Of a stretch of DNA of 64,000 nucleotides, positions 24,001 to 36,476 are shown one piece after another. Origin of the DNA: Gekko japonicus (lineage: Eukaryota); contig NW_015162547.1 in assembly GCF_001447785.1 (NCBI RefSeq), forward strand, positions 32,407 to 96,406, written 5' to 3'. The notes below the pieces were generated by a model. That model was not told the origin of the DNA, did no database searches, and saw only the letters and a program-made list of their open reading frames with translations. A program made the position numbers and the translations under genes. Each line of letters begins with the position of its first letter. Within the stretch, counting starts at the first letter, position 1.

Positions 24001-27000
24001 GATATTCCACCCTCCNNNNNNNNNNNNNNNNNNNNNNNNNNNNNNNNNNNNNNNNNNNNNCGCTCTTCCCCCCACAGGACGGGAGGGCCAGCCACTCCCA
24101 CCCCAAGGGGCTCACCAGGGGTTTCCACCAGCCTGCTTTGCCAACAGCAGCCTTTTCTCTTCTTCGGAGAACTGGAGGTCCAGCTCAAAGGAATTGTTGT
24201 CGAGGTCATGAATGTATTGCTCTATGTTGTTGCCGGAGGCAGGCGGTGGGCATGGCTCCGGGGCAGACAGCGACTGGGAGGAGGTGGAGCCGGACACTTG
24301 CAGGCAGCCAAACTGACTCAGGAGATTGTCATACTGCAAAACACACCAGAGGTCACCCTCCTTTCACCCACATGCGCAAAGATGTCTTCTCAACCTCTTG
24401 GTTTTCAGACCCTTCGGACTCGGAGCAAGAGAGAGCGCCGCTTCCCGCCTGGCACCCCCTGGAGAGACGCTCTCCCCTCCCTCCCACCAAGGGCACCAGG
24501 GAGAGAGGGAGGCTGAGGAGTCAGGGCTCCTCTCCAAGGAAGCAGAGGGAGGGAGGGACCCAGGGAGGCAGCCTCCGTGCTCAAAACCGAGAGGCGGCCA
24601 AGTCAGCACACACTGCAGAGGAACGCCCCCTGGCCGCTGCCACTCGCGACCTCTCGCCTGCCTCTGCGGGAGAGGACCCACCTCCGGGTCAACACCAGGA
24701 CTTACGTTTCCGTAGCAGTCTTCATCGTCCTCGGACATTGCAGGCAAATATGCCGTTAGTTTGGGGGGCGTCTGGTGATGCAGATTCTCCCAGGTAATGG
24801 AATCGAAGAACGGGTGGGCCTTCAGGGGTTCATACCCGCCCACTTCTTCACAGCCAAGCCTCTTGGTCGCCTCTAGAACCTGGACAAAGTTGCCAGGGAC
24901 AGGACTGAGGAAACGCGCCACACCAAAAGGTGGCAATCCAGCCAGGGTCTGGGCAACCGTTGCCAACCTGAAGCCCATTACATTTCTCCCCCAGGGAACC
25001 AGACCAGGAGTGTCCCTGTACCACGAGGTTTTCAACTAAGGAATGGCTCCCAGTGCGGCAGACTCTGAAATGGCTGGCTTGTTTTCAACCATTTTATCTG
25101 CTCTTTGTATCTAACGCTGCCTCCAGAAGGTCCAGGGCAAAGCACACCGCCTTCCCCTCCCCTCACAGGAGTTCTCGCAACAACCCTGGATGGAGCGGCG
25201 TCTCCCAGGTCTTAGTCCGACATCATAGCCACTGCCCCACAAGGGCTCTGAGAACCTTCCTCAAGGTCTGGAAGGGGTCAGGCTGTGGCTGCTGGGCGGG
25301 GGGGGGGGGGGGACAGGGGTACTACAGAGAAGGAGACCCAAGGGCACTGGCTGGAAAGCAGGAACCCGAGGGAGCAAAGCGGAGAAAAGGGCAGGCCAGC
25401 TTCACAGAAGAAGAAGAAGAAGGAGAGACTGGGTTTCTACCCCACCCTTCCCTCGGAGTCTCAGAGTGGCTTACAATCGCCTTCCCTTCCTCTCCCCACA
25501 ACAACGAGGCAGGTGGGGCTGAGAGAACAGCTCCGAGAGAGCTGTGACTGACCCAGGGTCACCCAGCCGGCTGCATGTGGAGGAGGAGGGGGGGAATCAA
25601 ACCCAGGTCCTCCCAGATTAGAGTCCGCCGCTCTTTACCACTAGCCCAAACACTAGCCCTAGAGGGAAAGGGCCAACTGGGCTTCCTCTGGCCTTTGCTG
25701 AATGATGACCTGAGCCCAAAAGCACAGTGGCTGGAAGCTAAATACTTCTAGTAATCATGAAACATCTGTGACAATGGGGGGAAAAATCATTTACCAAAAG
25801 CTTTTCTACGAGATCTTTTGCCTTGGGAAAGAACTTCTCTGGGAATTCGTACTCCAATTTGATTATCTTTTGAAATGTAAGGTACTCATTTCCGGCTCGG
25901 AATGGTGGCAGCCCCGCCACCAGCTGATAGATGATGCAGCCGAGGGCCCACAGATCTATTTGCACAAACAATCTCCTTTCATAAGCCAGCCTGATGGTTT
26001 TATGTATATGCATTTGTGTGTCTTTATATATAAGGAGAGAGATACATACAGAAGTTAAGCTCCTCTGGGGAAAGAAGCAAGACAGACAAAGAGCAGGAGA
26101 CATAAAGTATTAACCAGAAGGATGAGTAACCAAACAGAGAAGGAAGCAAGCCACCCCGCATTCTTCCCTAAAGGAAATTCAAACTGTATGTTGTGGGGAG
26201 GATTAAAAGGCTGTTACACTGAAATAGGCAATAAGAAGCAGCCAGTACACAAAAAGTTGACAGCAGGTTCTTGCTGATGGAAAATAAATAACTGAGACGG
26301 CATCAGTAAAGAACTTTAATATTAAAGCACAGAAGAGGACAGAGAGAAGCCAAAGGAGAGACAGAGAGGACAAATGATGCTTCTTTAAGTGCACTCATAA
26401 CCGGATTTCCTTGTATGCAAACACAGAAAGAAAAGCAGAGCCACTTTAAAGGAGAGACATTCTTGCAAATGGCCCTAACTGGCAGGTGGAATCGGGACCA
26501 AAAGTTGTCAAAGACAGACTGGGATTGTGGAAATCAGACTTACTCCAATACCCTCCTTACTGGCAAGAAGCGGGTAAAAAGTTCCACCATATTGGATGAC
26601 TGGATCCTATTAATACCCTGGAGAGTCAGGGACAAAATGAGAGGAGGCCTGCCTACTCACAAACCCCCTACAGCTTCAGGGCCATGCGATAATGAATTGG
26701 ACCAAGATGGATGTACAGTTTATCCCAAACTTGTAAGAAACGAGGACTTTATAATATGCCACGGGACTGGAAAGAATAAGAACATAAACCAGTTTCCGGG
26801 AGTCACAGAAGACGGCACCCTCACAATCTGAATTTCTCATTTCTCAAGGCATTTCTCAAGGGACTAGTTAAGGGGATCCTGACTGAGGGGCATTAACACA
26901 AACAGGTGGTGCTTCTTGGCACAGATTGTTGGTCTTGTGTTACGGATACAGTAAATGAATAGCCCAGCCTCTGAACTTCATCCCATTTCGTACACAACTG

Positions 27001-30000
27001 GACTATCATAAAGTACTTAGAAATGCATTTGGAATAACCACCTTGTAAGCGATATCTATACAAGGCTTATAGATCATCCAAGACCTCGGATGACGGTTCC
27101 AGAATTAGTTGGAAACCTGCTCAGTGCAAGACTGCTGGTGAACGTCAACACACGTTTAAAACCTCTAGGGCACAGATAATTATTACTGCAAATTTATTTG
27201 CAGTATGTGTGTATTTTTTATATATGTGTGTGTGTATACACACACACACACACATATATATAAATATATATATAAATATATATAATAAATAAAAATAAAA
27301 ATTGGGTCACAATTTATATCTACTGACTTATTTGAAAAGAGTAATTCTAAGGAACCTGAAACATTTCTGCTTCATGTGTCAGTGGCAGCTAGAACGCTTT
27401 CTGCAAAAAAGGGGGAGGAGAATTATATTCTATATTTGACACAAGGGTTTTTTCAGCTTGGGGTTCTTACAGTGGGTCAGATTGTACCGTACAGTTGTGT
27501 TACCAGCCCTAAAAACGACCGGAGTGCTAGAAGCACAAGAGCACGGCCGTATCTGCTCCTCACCACCATGAGCAGGTTGAACGCTAAGCTTTGCATCCGC
27601 TGTATCCCTACAAGAGGACAGGATAACTTTCCGACAGCAAAAGGGAACTTTCCTCCCTCTCTCCCCACCACTTCAGCTGTGCCCCACAAAATGCTGCTGC
27701 TGGTGCTGCTTCTAGGAGACTGGCGGCGTCTGGAGCAGCATGAGAAGTGAACTGGGGAGGGTCTACAGTGTGTGTGTGTGTGTGTTGGGGGGGGGAGAGA
27801 CCAGCGAACAACCCTGCTGGTAGAAAAGTACTGCTGGAGCTGATGCAACAGCTTGCAGACCCCATGAAGGACGTCTGTGTGTGAGTGTGTGCATGTGTGT
27901 GAGTGCATGCACATGGCACATGCTTCCGTCCTGCCCACACTGGGAAGGAAGACGGGCGTGAAGAAAGTGCCACCTGTGAGCCAGCCAGCTCTCGTGGCAG
28001 GACCGTGAGGGGAAGCGGCAGGATCGTGAGGCTTCCAGGCATGACTGGCTGAGGCTGGAAGGCAGGCCTGCTGCCCTCCAACGACCCCAGTGTTAGTGAG
28101 AAGGGGATCATACTGGCACACGTTTGCAGCTGGGTGGGACCACCGCCCCCCCAAGAAGGCATCGGTGCAAAAAGCGGCTACTCACCCTGGGGGCCTTGAC
28201 GCCAGGCTGTCTTTGGAAATCCTTTTTCGTGCCCTTCACAGCCACATGAAGTGGCTCGGGAGACTGGACACGTCGCAGTTCATTAAGTTAGGACTGTTAC
28301 AAACCCCACCTCGTTTTCTCCAGGGAGTTCCCCTCATCATTCTTTATGGCAAGAAAGAACCGTTCCTCGGCCAGCCTCGAGGGCCGCACAGAGCCAGTCC
28401 ATATTCACTTACAGCCTGACTATCATCCACGGAGTTTAAAAAACCCCACAAGCACCAGGAAACGGACAAAATGCGGCGGCACCCGAAGTCTCTTACCCGG
28501 CTCGAAATGGTGGCAGCCCCGCCACCAGCTGGTAGATGATGCAGCCGAGGGCCCACAGATCCGAACTTCACCGAGACACGGAAGAGGACGAAACAAGGGA
28601 GAGAAACAGGGAGAAAGCAGGAGACCATGAGCTCCGAGCAGGAGAGCCAGGCTTGGCAACGGTTGACTTCAGCCCCTGCCGTTCACGAGGACCAAGAGAA
28701 AGGCTCTGAGCCACAAGGCATAGACTCTGGGGCAAGGGATGCTCTGTGTCCTTGGTGCTTGGGGGGAGGGAGCAACAGTGGGAGGGCTCCTGGTGTCCTG
28801 GCCCCGCTGGTGGACCTCCTGGTGGCCCCTGGGATTTCTGGCCACCGTGTGACACAGAAGAGTGTTGGACTGGATGGGCCATCGGCCTGATCCAGCGTTG
28901 GCTTCTCTTGCGTTATGTTTAAAGGGAACTCCCGGGTGTGCTGCGGCCACCTGTGGTTCCAACCAAGGGAAGCCTGAGCTGGATCTCCCTCTCCTCCACT
29001 GAGCACGGCCTCCAGACAGGTGAGGCAGCACCCGAGGACTTCGGCCACACTGCCCGTGAGTCGAAGAGACTGAAGAGCATTTCAAGGGTATTTCAGAGAA
29101 GGAGCCGCCGTGCAGGTGGGCGTAAGAAGACTACAGCTCTGGTGGCAAGGAGCTTTCCAGACCGTCATAGCTTTTTGGCTTAATATCTAGCCTGGTCAAA
29201 GACCAAAGAAATGCCAACATTCACGTGATATCCTCCAGCCTGGGAACAACTTGCGTTCATCAGCATTTGGATCTTAACACCTTTGGGTTCTACAAACTCA
29301 AGGAAAAAGTCTACACAAATCACAGGTTTCACTGGAGGGCCTAATGCTGGTGGAAGCATTTCAGTGGAGACACCCAAGAGCGCTTCAGGGCACGAGGTCC
29401 TCAGCCACGGAAACAGCTGATAAGTGGAGGTTGCTGGAGATGCGACCCCCCCCCCCCGGCTCTGCTTCACACAAGCCCCTCTAGAGTCTCATCACCAGTT
29501 GCTCACCTCTTGCAGGCCGACTTCTCTGTTAACAGCTCCGGAGACACGTACTGTGCTGTCCCGACAAAGGAGTTTGCCCGTGCTGGAAGAAGACGTCGAG
29601 AGCTGAGCCTCGGGTCTTCCAAAGGCTTTAAAGGCCCTACTGAAGAATTGCTGGGCAGCTTGCAAACAGGCAGTTCAAAGCCATTTCTATATTTAACCCG
29701 CTGAGAATACTGTACAGCCAAGCACAATCCCCCTCCCCCCCCCGCCCTTCGGCCAAACCTTTTCCCCTCTCTGCCTGTGCCCACCAATGGCTCTGGGGGG
29801 TTCCAACTGGCCCTATAGCTTGGTTGGAAGTGTGATCACCCAAGCTCTCAGGCTTCACTTTATGCTGACTAAACTCGCTTCAATTTTCCACTGTAAAGAG
29901 TCCGAGGACAATCCACACCGATCCTACTGAGATTGTCATCACCGGATACTTTAAGGTGACGGACTGCAACCGGAGGGCCCACAGGCCCAGAAGGAGGCGC

Positions 30001-33000
30001 TGGAGGCGTTTGCAGGACAACACCTGAAGAGGGGCCGTACCTTGTTTACTGTCCGCAGATAACACTTTTGCTGTCCCAAAGTCCGTGATCTGAATGTGCA
30101 TCTCCCCACTGAGCAAGATGTTCTCCGGCTTTAGGTCCCTGTGAAAGGCAAAGTGGGTTTAAACCAGGCCTGCCCCACATGAAGCTGGCTGCAGCTCTTT
30201 CCCCGCCCTGGGATAGCCCCCAAGCCCCCACCCCCCTTCACGTCCTTGTGGGAACAACAACGCAGGTCTCTTCCTGCCGCAGCTGCAGCAGGAGGGGAGC
30301 CCCCGCAGCACGGCTCCTCCCCACGCCAACGGGAGCTCAGAGGCATGGTGGGAAGAGGCCCGCCTCCCAGTCTCGCCTCCAATGAGAATGGCCCTCGGAA
30401 GGGATCTCGTGGGGCTCCTCCCACCCGGTCCAGGGCTTCTTGCATGACCCTGGCAACGGCCGTCCGTGTCTGCCACAGCAGCAGCCCCCACGTCACCCGG
30501 ACAACATGAGGAGGGGACTCCAGCAGTGTTCCCTCTAAGCTTAGAGTTAGTGCGAGCCGGCTCACAGTTTTTTAGCCTCCAGCTCACACATTTTTCTGTC
30601 TTAGCTCAGGAAGGATGGGGCTCCAGAGCAAGCTAATTTATGCAGGAGCCAAATCACTCGCTCATAATTTTCATGCCAGCTGCTCAGAAAGTAGAGTTTT
30701 TGCACACAAGGCTCCACAGCTTGGGGGGGCGCACTGGTCTCCAGGCCAACCTGGGGCCCTTCAAAACAGGGACGGGGGTGGGATAATGCTGCCCTCCCAG
30801 AAGCTGGGGGGGGGGGGTGTTTCAGCGGACACTCATGAAAGCTGAGATGGGACAGTGCAGGTTCTCGGGAAGAACATCACCCGTCCCACGCATAAATCGG
30901 TACTGCTTCTGAGGGGGACAATCAGTGGCGGGGCAGTGAAGTCTTAACAGGCACCAGGATTTTTGTTTCCATGGAAGCTGGAGCCCCCCCGAAGCACCAT
31001 CCACACTGGAGCACAACATTCTGCAACAGTCATAGCAACATGCACCAGAAATGACACGAATTCGAATTCATAACCTTACCTGTGAATAATTCCCTTCCCA
31101 TGCAAATACTCTAATGCAGACACAATTTCAGCAGTATAAAACCTGGTACAGGTCTCATCAAAGGAGCCAATCTTGCGGATATATTTTAAGAGTTCTCCAT
31201 TTTTGGCATAGCTAAGGCCAAAGTCTGAAGCCAGCGTTAAGGACTCTTAGCAAACCTGCAGAAAATGGACAGGCCCTCAGACTGGAGAGCAGTACGGCAG
31301 ATGTTAAGTGCCAAAGGTAAAAGCCAAGAAAGCTTTTGATAAAGTTCCACAGACTTCCAGAAAGCTTTTGATAAAGCTCCTCCTCAAAGGTTCCTCAGTA
31401 GTCATGGGATATGAGGACAAGCCCTCTTGTGGATTAAAAACGGGATAATTAACAGGAAACAGAGAGCATAAATGGGCAGTTTTCACAGTGGAGGGCGGTA
31501 AGCAGTGAGCCACCGCAGGGCTCAGTACTGGGTCTGGTGCTTTTTTACTTGATCATTAATGATTTGGAGTTGGGAGTAAGCAGTGAACTGGCTAAGTTGG
31601 CGGATGACATCAAGTTGTTCAGGGTGGTGAGAACCAGGGAGGATTGCGAGGTGCTCCAGAGGGATCTGTCGAGGCCGGGCAAGTGGATGTCAACATGGCA
31701 AATGAGGTTCAACATGGGCAACTGCAAAGTAATGCACACTGGAGTCAAAAATCCTAACTTAAATACACATGAATGGGGTCCAAATTGGTGGAGACTGACC
31801 AGGAGAGAGATCCTGTTGTTGTAGTAGATAACTCACTGAAAATATCAACTCAGTGTACAATGGTAATAAAAAAGGCAAATGCTGTGCCGGGGATTGTTAG
31901 GAAGGGAACTGAAACCAAATCAGCCAGTATCATAATGCCCCTCTATAAGTCTATGGTGCGGCCTCATTTGGAGTACTGTGTGCAGTTCTGGTCACCGCAC
32001 CTCAAAAAGATATTATAGCATTGGGAAAAGTGCAGAAAGGGACAACTAAAATGATTAAATGGATGGAACACTTTCCCAACGGAGAAGTTAAAGAGGTTAG
32101 GGCTCTTTAGCTTGGAGAAACATCAACTGAGGGTGGTGACACGATAGAATTTTACAAAATTATGCATGAGATAGAGCAGGTAGAGAAAGAAGTACTTTTC
32201 TCCCTTTATCACAATACAAGTACTGGTGGGCACTCAATGAAATTAATGAGCACTAGGTTTAGAACGGATAAGAGGAAGTAGTTCTTCACCCAAAGAGTAA
32301 TGAACACGTGAAATTCACTGCCACAGGAGGTGGTGGCGGCTACAAGCATTAACAGCTTCAAGTGGGGATTAGATAAACATATGGAACAGAGGTCCATCGG
32401 TGGCCATTAGCCGCAAGGTCTAGATGGAATGGAATGTCTGGGACAGGGATGCTCTGTATCCTTGGTAACTGGGGAGGCGACAGTGGGAGGGCTTCTGGAG
32501 TTCTGGCCCCACTGGTGGACCTCCTGACAGCAGCTGTTTTTGGCCACTTAGCGTTGGACTGGATGGACCACTGGCCTGATCCAGCATGGCTTCTCTTATG
32601 TTCTTATCCTTTGCTACATGCTGAGTTCATAAGATCCAGCCCTAGAAGGCATTTTGCATCCACGGCCCAAATCAAAAACACCAAAGTGATTACAAAAACA
32701 GGTGTGCAATAGCACACCAAAGAATGCATGTGTCTGCCCTTGTGTCTTGTTCCAGAATATATTACAAATATAAACTGTATTTCCTCCAAGTAGCATTGAT
32801 TCAAAGGATACAGAGTTTCTCGTCATCCTGAAACGTGAAGTAGAGCTTGACAAAGAAAGGGTGATCCAGGCGCGACATCACATCTCTCTCCCGGGTCACG
32901 TAGGGCACCTTGTTCTCTTTTATGATATGACGTTTCTCCAGAATTTTAACTTGTAAAAAGACAGAGAAGTTACAGCTGACTATGGAGAAAACTCAGGGGG

Positions 33001-34224
33001 CGACCTGCTGCGAGAGGCCACAGGTTTGCCGCACCTGAGGCCCACATCCTCCCGACCTTTCCCCACGAGAGGGTCGAGCACGCCGCCTCAAAACCCAGCC
33101 CCAGGGAAGGGGAAGGGCTACTCACTGGCATATTCTCTAGAGGTAGCCAGTTCTCTGGCCAAAACGACCTGTTTAAGGGAAGAAGGAACTCTTTCAGTGT
33201 GGAGTACGAGACGCGAGAGGCAGCTCTGTCCAGCCCGAAATGTGAACACCCTCTCTGAAGCTGTAGCCAAGTGCGACAAACACACACTTGGCTCACGGGG
33301 ATCAGCAGGGCAAGCAAAGAGAAAGAGGCGGCACAGGACTGACCTCCAAAATAATCGGGGGATGAGGATGATTCCGGAAATGGGGGGGAAGGGATGGGAC
33401 AAGGGAACAAAAATCCTTCCCGCTACGACTGGTACAGAGTCAGGCGCTGAAGGTGTTGCAGGGTCAGTCCTGGGAAGGGGGACTGGAACCACCTCAGCCC
33501 ATCAAGCAAGGAGGCAGGCAGGAAACCCAGACGGCTTGTTTTTCACACACACACGCACCCCATCCTCCTGATACCCGAAGGCAAAAGGGGAGGGGGATTC
33601 CTCTGAATGGCTGCTTCCTCCTCCCTCCTCCTCGTAACCAGAACCCTGCACATGTCCAGGAGAGAAGGACCATCCAGAAGTCTCTTTAGGAGCTCTACGG
33701 CACCACAAGAGAAGAAAAGAAAAGAAAAGAGAAGGAAGGAGCAGCACACCTGCCCCTTTGGCAAGCCTGCAGGGAGGGAAAAGGCACCCTTCAGAAAAAG
33801 AAAACCTGGCGTGGGGCTGTGGGTGCCCGGGGAATGCCCCCCGGTCAGAATGAGAAAGCCCACTTAGCCTGGCACAGGCCTTCTCTGCAGGGAGGGGGGG
33901 TCTCCCTGAGGGCTGGGGTGCCGCGCCTTCGGCATCAGGGCCCTCCTTCCTGCTGCTGCCGCCACTCACCGTCGAGAAAGATCCTTCGCCCAGAATCTTC
34001 CCAAACTTGAAGTCCTCTGGGCGTTTCTTCCGCGGCTGCGAAGGCTGCTGTAAAGACACTGGGGTGGCCCTTGGCTCAGCTGCGGTGCTCTCCATGTTCA
34101 GCCCTGCTCTGCGGCCACAGGTGACAGCGACAGGCGGAGAGCTGGAATCCACCTGGCTCCTCACCATCGATGGGGACGGGCAGGAGCACAGCACCACGCT
34201 GGACTGGATGGGAGCTGCATCGTA
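20916..34224 (-). CDS. PDPK1: PDPK1 (PDK1), AGC kinase + PH domain, exons 2-14; exon 1 not visible
   Basis: 13 exons with phase continuity totalling 1632 nt. Motifs [47 protein letters not shown], and PH domain [25 protein letters not shown]. Exon 9 acceptor is anomalous (see findings). Confidence 0.96.
21417..21569 (-). CDS. PDPK1: PDPK1 exon 13 (PH domain)
   Basis: cag|[51 protein letters not shown]|gtgag. Confidence 0.95.
23356..23413 (-). CDS. PDPK1: PDPK1 exon 12
   Basis: cag|[19 protein letters not shown]|gtgag. Confidence 0.95.
24116..24333 (-). CDS. PDPK1: PDPK1 exon 11
   Basis: cag|[14 protein letters not shown]...[38 protein letters not shown]|gtgag. Confidence 0.95.
24706..24879 (-). 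CDS. PDPK1: PDPK1 exon 10
   Basis: cag|[58 protein letters not shown]|gtaag. Confidence 0.95.
25405..25645 (-). mobile_element. tRNA-derived SINE
   Basis: Same family as 15017-15305. Confidence 0.72.
25795..25891 (-). CDS. PDPK1: PDPK1 exon 9, directly preceded by an intron-less copy of exon 8
   Basis: [32 protein letters not shown]|gtaaa; no AG at its 5' edge. Confidence 0.9.
28497..28565 (-). CDS. PDPK1: PDPK1 exon 8
   Basis: aag|[24 protein letters not shown]|gtaag, 69 nt. Confidence 0.93.
28700..28920 (+). mobile_element. CR1 3'-end fragment
   Basis: Matches the 32440-32607 tail (gtgggagggc...tggactggatgg...tgatccagc). Confidence 0.75.
29507..29582 (-). CDS. PDPK1: PDPK1 exon 7 (activation loop)
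   Basis: cag|[25 protein letters not shown]|gtgag. Confidence 0.95.
30041..30138 (-). CDS. PDPK1: PDPK1 exon 6
   Basis: cag|[32 protein letters not shown]|gtac. Confidence 0.95.
30524..30736 (+). mobile_element. hAT-type MITE, same family as 18833
   Basis: cagtgttccctctaagc... with near-TSD gactccag/gtctccag. Confidence 0.78.
31080..31224 (-). CDS. PDPK1: PDPK1 exon 5
   Basis: cag|[49 protein letters not shown]|gtaag. Confidence 0.95.
31225..32811 (-). other. PDPK1: U12-type (minor spliceosome) GT-AG intron of PDPK1
   Basis: 5' site GTATCCTTT at 32811; branch point TCCTTAAC (31243-31236) about 11 nt before the end of the intron; no long polypyrimidine tract. Confidence 0.92.
31320..32607 (+). 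mobile_element. CR1 LINE 3' fragment, decayed, inside the U12 intron
   Basis: Frameshifted remnants [37 protein letters not shown]; 3' tail ending gcttctcttatgttctta. Confidence 0.88.
32812..32949 (-). CDS. PDPK1: PDPK1 exon 4
   Basis: aag|[46 protein letters not shown]|gtatcctt (U12 donor). Confidence 0.95.
33126..33168 (-). CDS. PDPK1: PDPK1 exon 3
   Basis: cag|[14 protein letters not shown]|gtgag, 43 nt. Confidence 0.95.
33970..34224 (-). CDS. PDPK1: PDPK1 exon 2
   Basis: cag|[22 protein letters not shown]...[21 protein letters not shown]|gtgag. Confidence 0.95.
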
Positions 34225-36476
34225 CTGCAGGAAAGGAGAGACGGCAGACCCGTCAGCCGCCCAGGAGGGCAGGTCTCAAAGCACCAAAGACCCCCACCAG
34301 CACCTAAGGCCCCCCTCCCCCCCCTCACTTCCATCCCGCACTGAACAGTAAGATTATAAAAAGCCCTGCTATCAGCATCAGCGGGGAGGATAAAACGGAC
34401 CTCTTTCCATGCCGGAAAGAAGCAAGCAGTGAAATCTCCCCAGAATCCAGGCCGGCAGCGCTATTTAATTTGCTAACAATCTGGCCTCATGAGTCAACAG
34501 TGAGCGAGCCGGGCCGGCTGCTGACCCTCTCATCAGGAGAGTGAAAAACCTTCTGCGAGGATTCCAAGAGGATCGGCACAAACTAGGTTAGTGGGCAACA
34601 CAGCAAATGAAGCGCAGGTGTCAAGCTTTGAACGTTGGAGCAAGTCAGCCTTGTGGAGTCCTGCCCTCAGCCTGGCAAAATCTGGATCAGAGAAAACTGG
34701 AAGATATGACCCTCGGGCATGACTTGCAGATGTCCCTAGTCTTCCCCTGCTAGAGACAAAGAACACGCCTGCATTTCTTATGCCACCCTCTCTCCACGGG
34801 CAAGACCATGGGGTAGGACAAGGATTTAAGAACTGTGGAAGATGGAGTCCACCTTGGCCCATAACCTGGCCAGGAGAGGCCTCTTCTGGGCCAACCAGCA
34901 GTGAAGGGCAAAGAGTTTCGCTGAACTGCCGGCTACGCTAAATTCAAGAGAAACAGAAATGTCAGCCTATGGCAAGAAGCACAATACGGAGTCCTGTGAT
35001 GCCCCAAAGACAAACCCGGGGGGTGGGGTGGAGTGTTTGCAACAGAAGTCTTCACAGACTTGAGTCCAATTCAGATGAATTAAGTGGAACCTCAATCAGC
35101 TCTCTCTCACACACACACACAAACACTGGCACGGAGGGGAAGAAAAATCAGTAGAGTCAAGAGGCGACCGACGAAATAAAAGATCCACGGCATTTATATG
35201 CACTCCTATGCACACGATGGGCAATTAATATTTAAAAAACCAGCAATGAGTGAAGGCATATTCATCTGATACTCACTGAGCTAATTTAACACCATTAATG
35301 CAACTGCCATATATTGAGTCCTCGTCATCAGGTACGATGCATTCGTGAACCAGGCAGTGACTGAGCCGTTTCATGCTGCAGCCTCCTTTCAAATCTCTTT
35401 TGGTTAAGAATGACACCCTCCAGGTCAGAGCATCCCAACCGACCAAGATTACTGGACAGTGTTGCCTTTTAACGTCAAATGTCCTTCCTCAGAGAGACTG
35501 ACATGCCTGTTCTATGGGGAGAGCAAAAGGGCCCAGACCTCAGACGGCAGCCTATGGCCCCCACCCCACCCCTGAAGGACACGCAGGTGCAGGAGACCCC
35601 GATGTACCACCTGTTGGCACCTGGTCCCTGGGCCAATGTTCCGGTGGGGCAGTCCAGTTGCAGAGGGCTGGTTTATAAACCACTCCCACCCAGCGAAAGA
35701 AATATCAACGTCCAGCTAAGTCAAATTAACTATATGTGGGCAAAACTATTTTCTTTGGAGAGAGGATCTCCTATTGACAACCAGCCCTGCAGGGTCAGTC
35801 TGTTTTGTCACTTAATTGGAGGAGAACGAAAACTGGTAAATTTAATGGGAAATGGGTTTTTCCCCTAATTTTTCCTAAATATTTTGTCTTTTAGAATGAG
35901 TTAAATACTTTCAAAGACAAGGTGGGCATGCAGTAGACATGTCTGGCTCCTAAATGCAAGATGTATTTCTGCACAACCGTCAGGAGGGGATCATGCAGGG
36001 CTCTCTTTGCCTCTCCACTGTTGCCTGTCTTCTGTTGCCCTTTTGACCTGACTTGTGATTGACCTTCTGGTTGACCTTTTCGCCTCTTCTTCAACCCACT
36101 GTGATACAGAATGGTTGAAAAGTGGCTTATTGCCCTCGCAAACGGGGGAAGACTGCACCAAAGTCTCAGAGGCAAATTCTGCCGTCTCCTGTGAAGTACT
36201 GGATATATCTGCTCGTACAAAACAGGGGCAGTGACAATTTGCAAATGCCATAAATGCAATTTTGTATGCTGTTATAAATTATGCATTTTATATTGTTACA
36301 GCAGTAAAATTAGTTAAGGCTGGATAGGAAAGTAGCATTGCATCTTGGTGACTTCAAAATTTCCAGAAATATTACATCTCTATTCACATGTGTATGCCTG
36401 TCCAAGAAACTGGGACAAATGCATAGACGCTATAGTGTTGGGCCGTTGACAATAAATGGTGCTGTATATTCAGGAG

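Noticed and set aside
27495-27520. VFRAGN echoing PDPK1 PFRAGN as a third exon-8 copy
   Set aside because: Similarity is limited to five residues with different codons and no phase-2 donor; probably chance.
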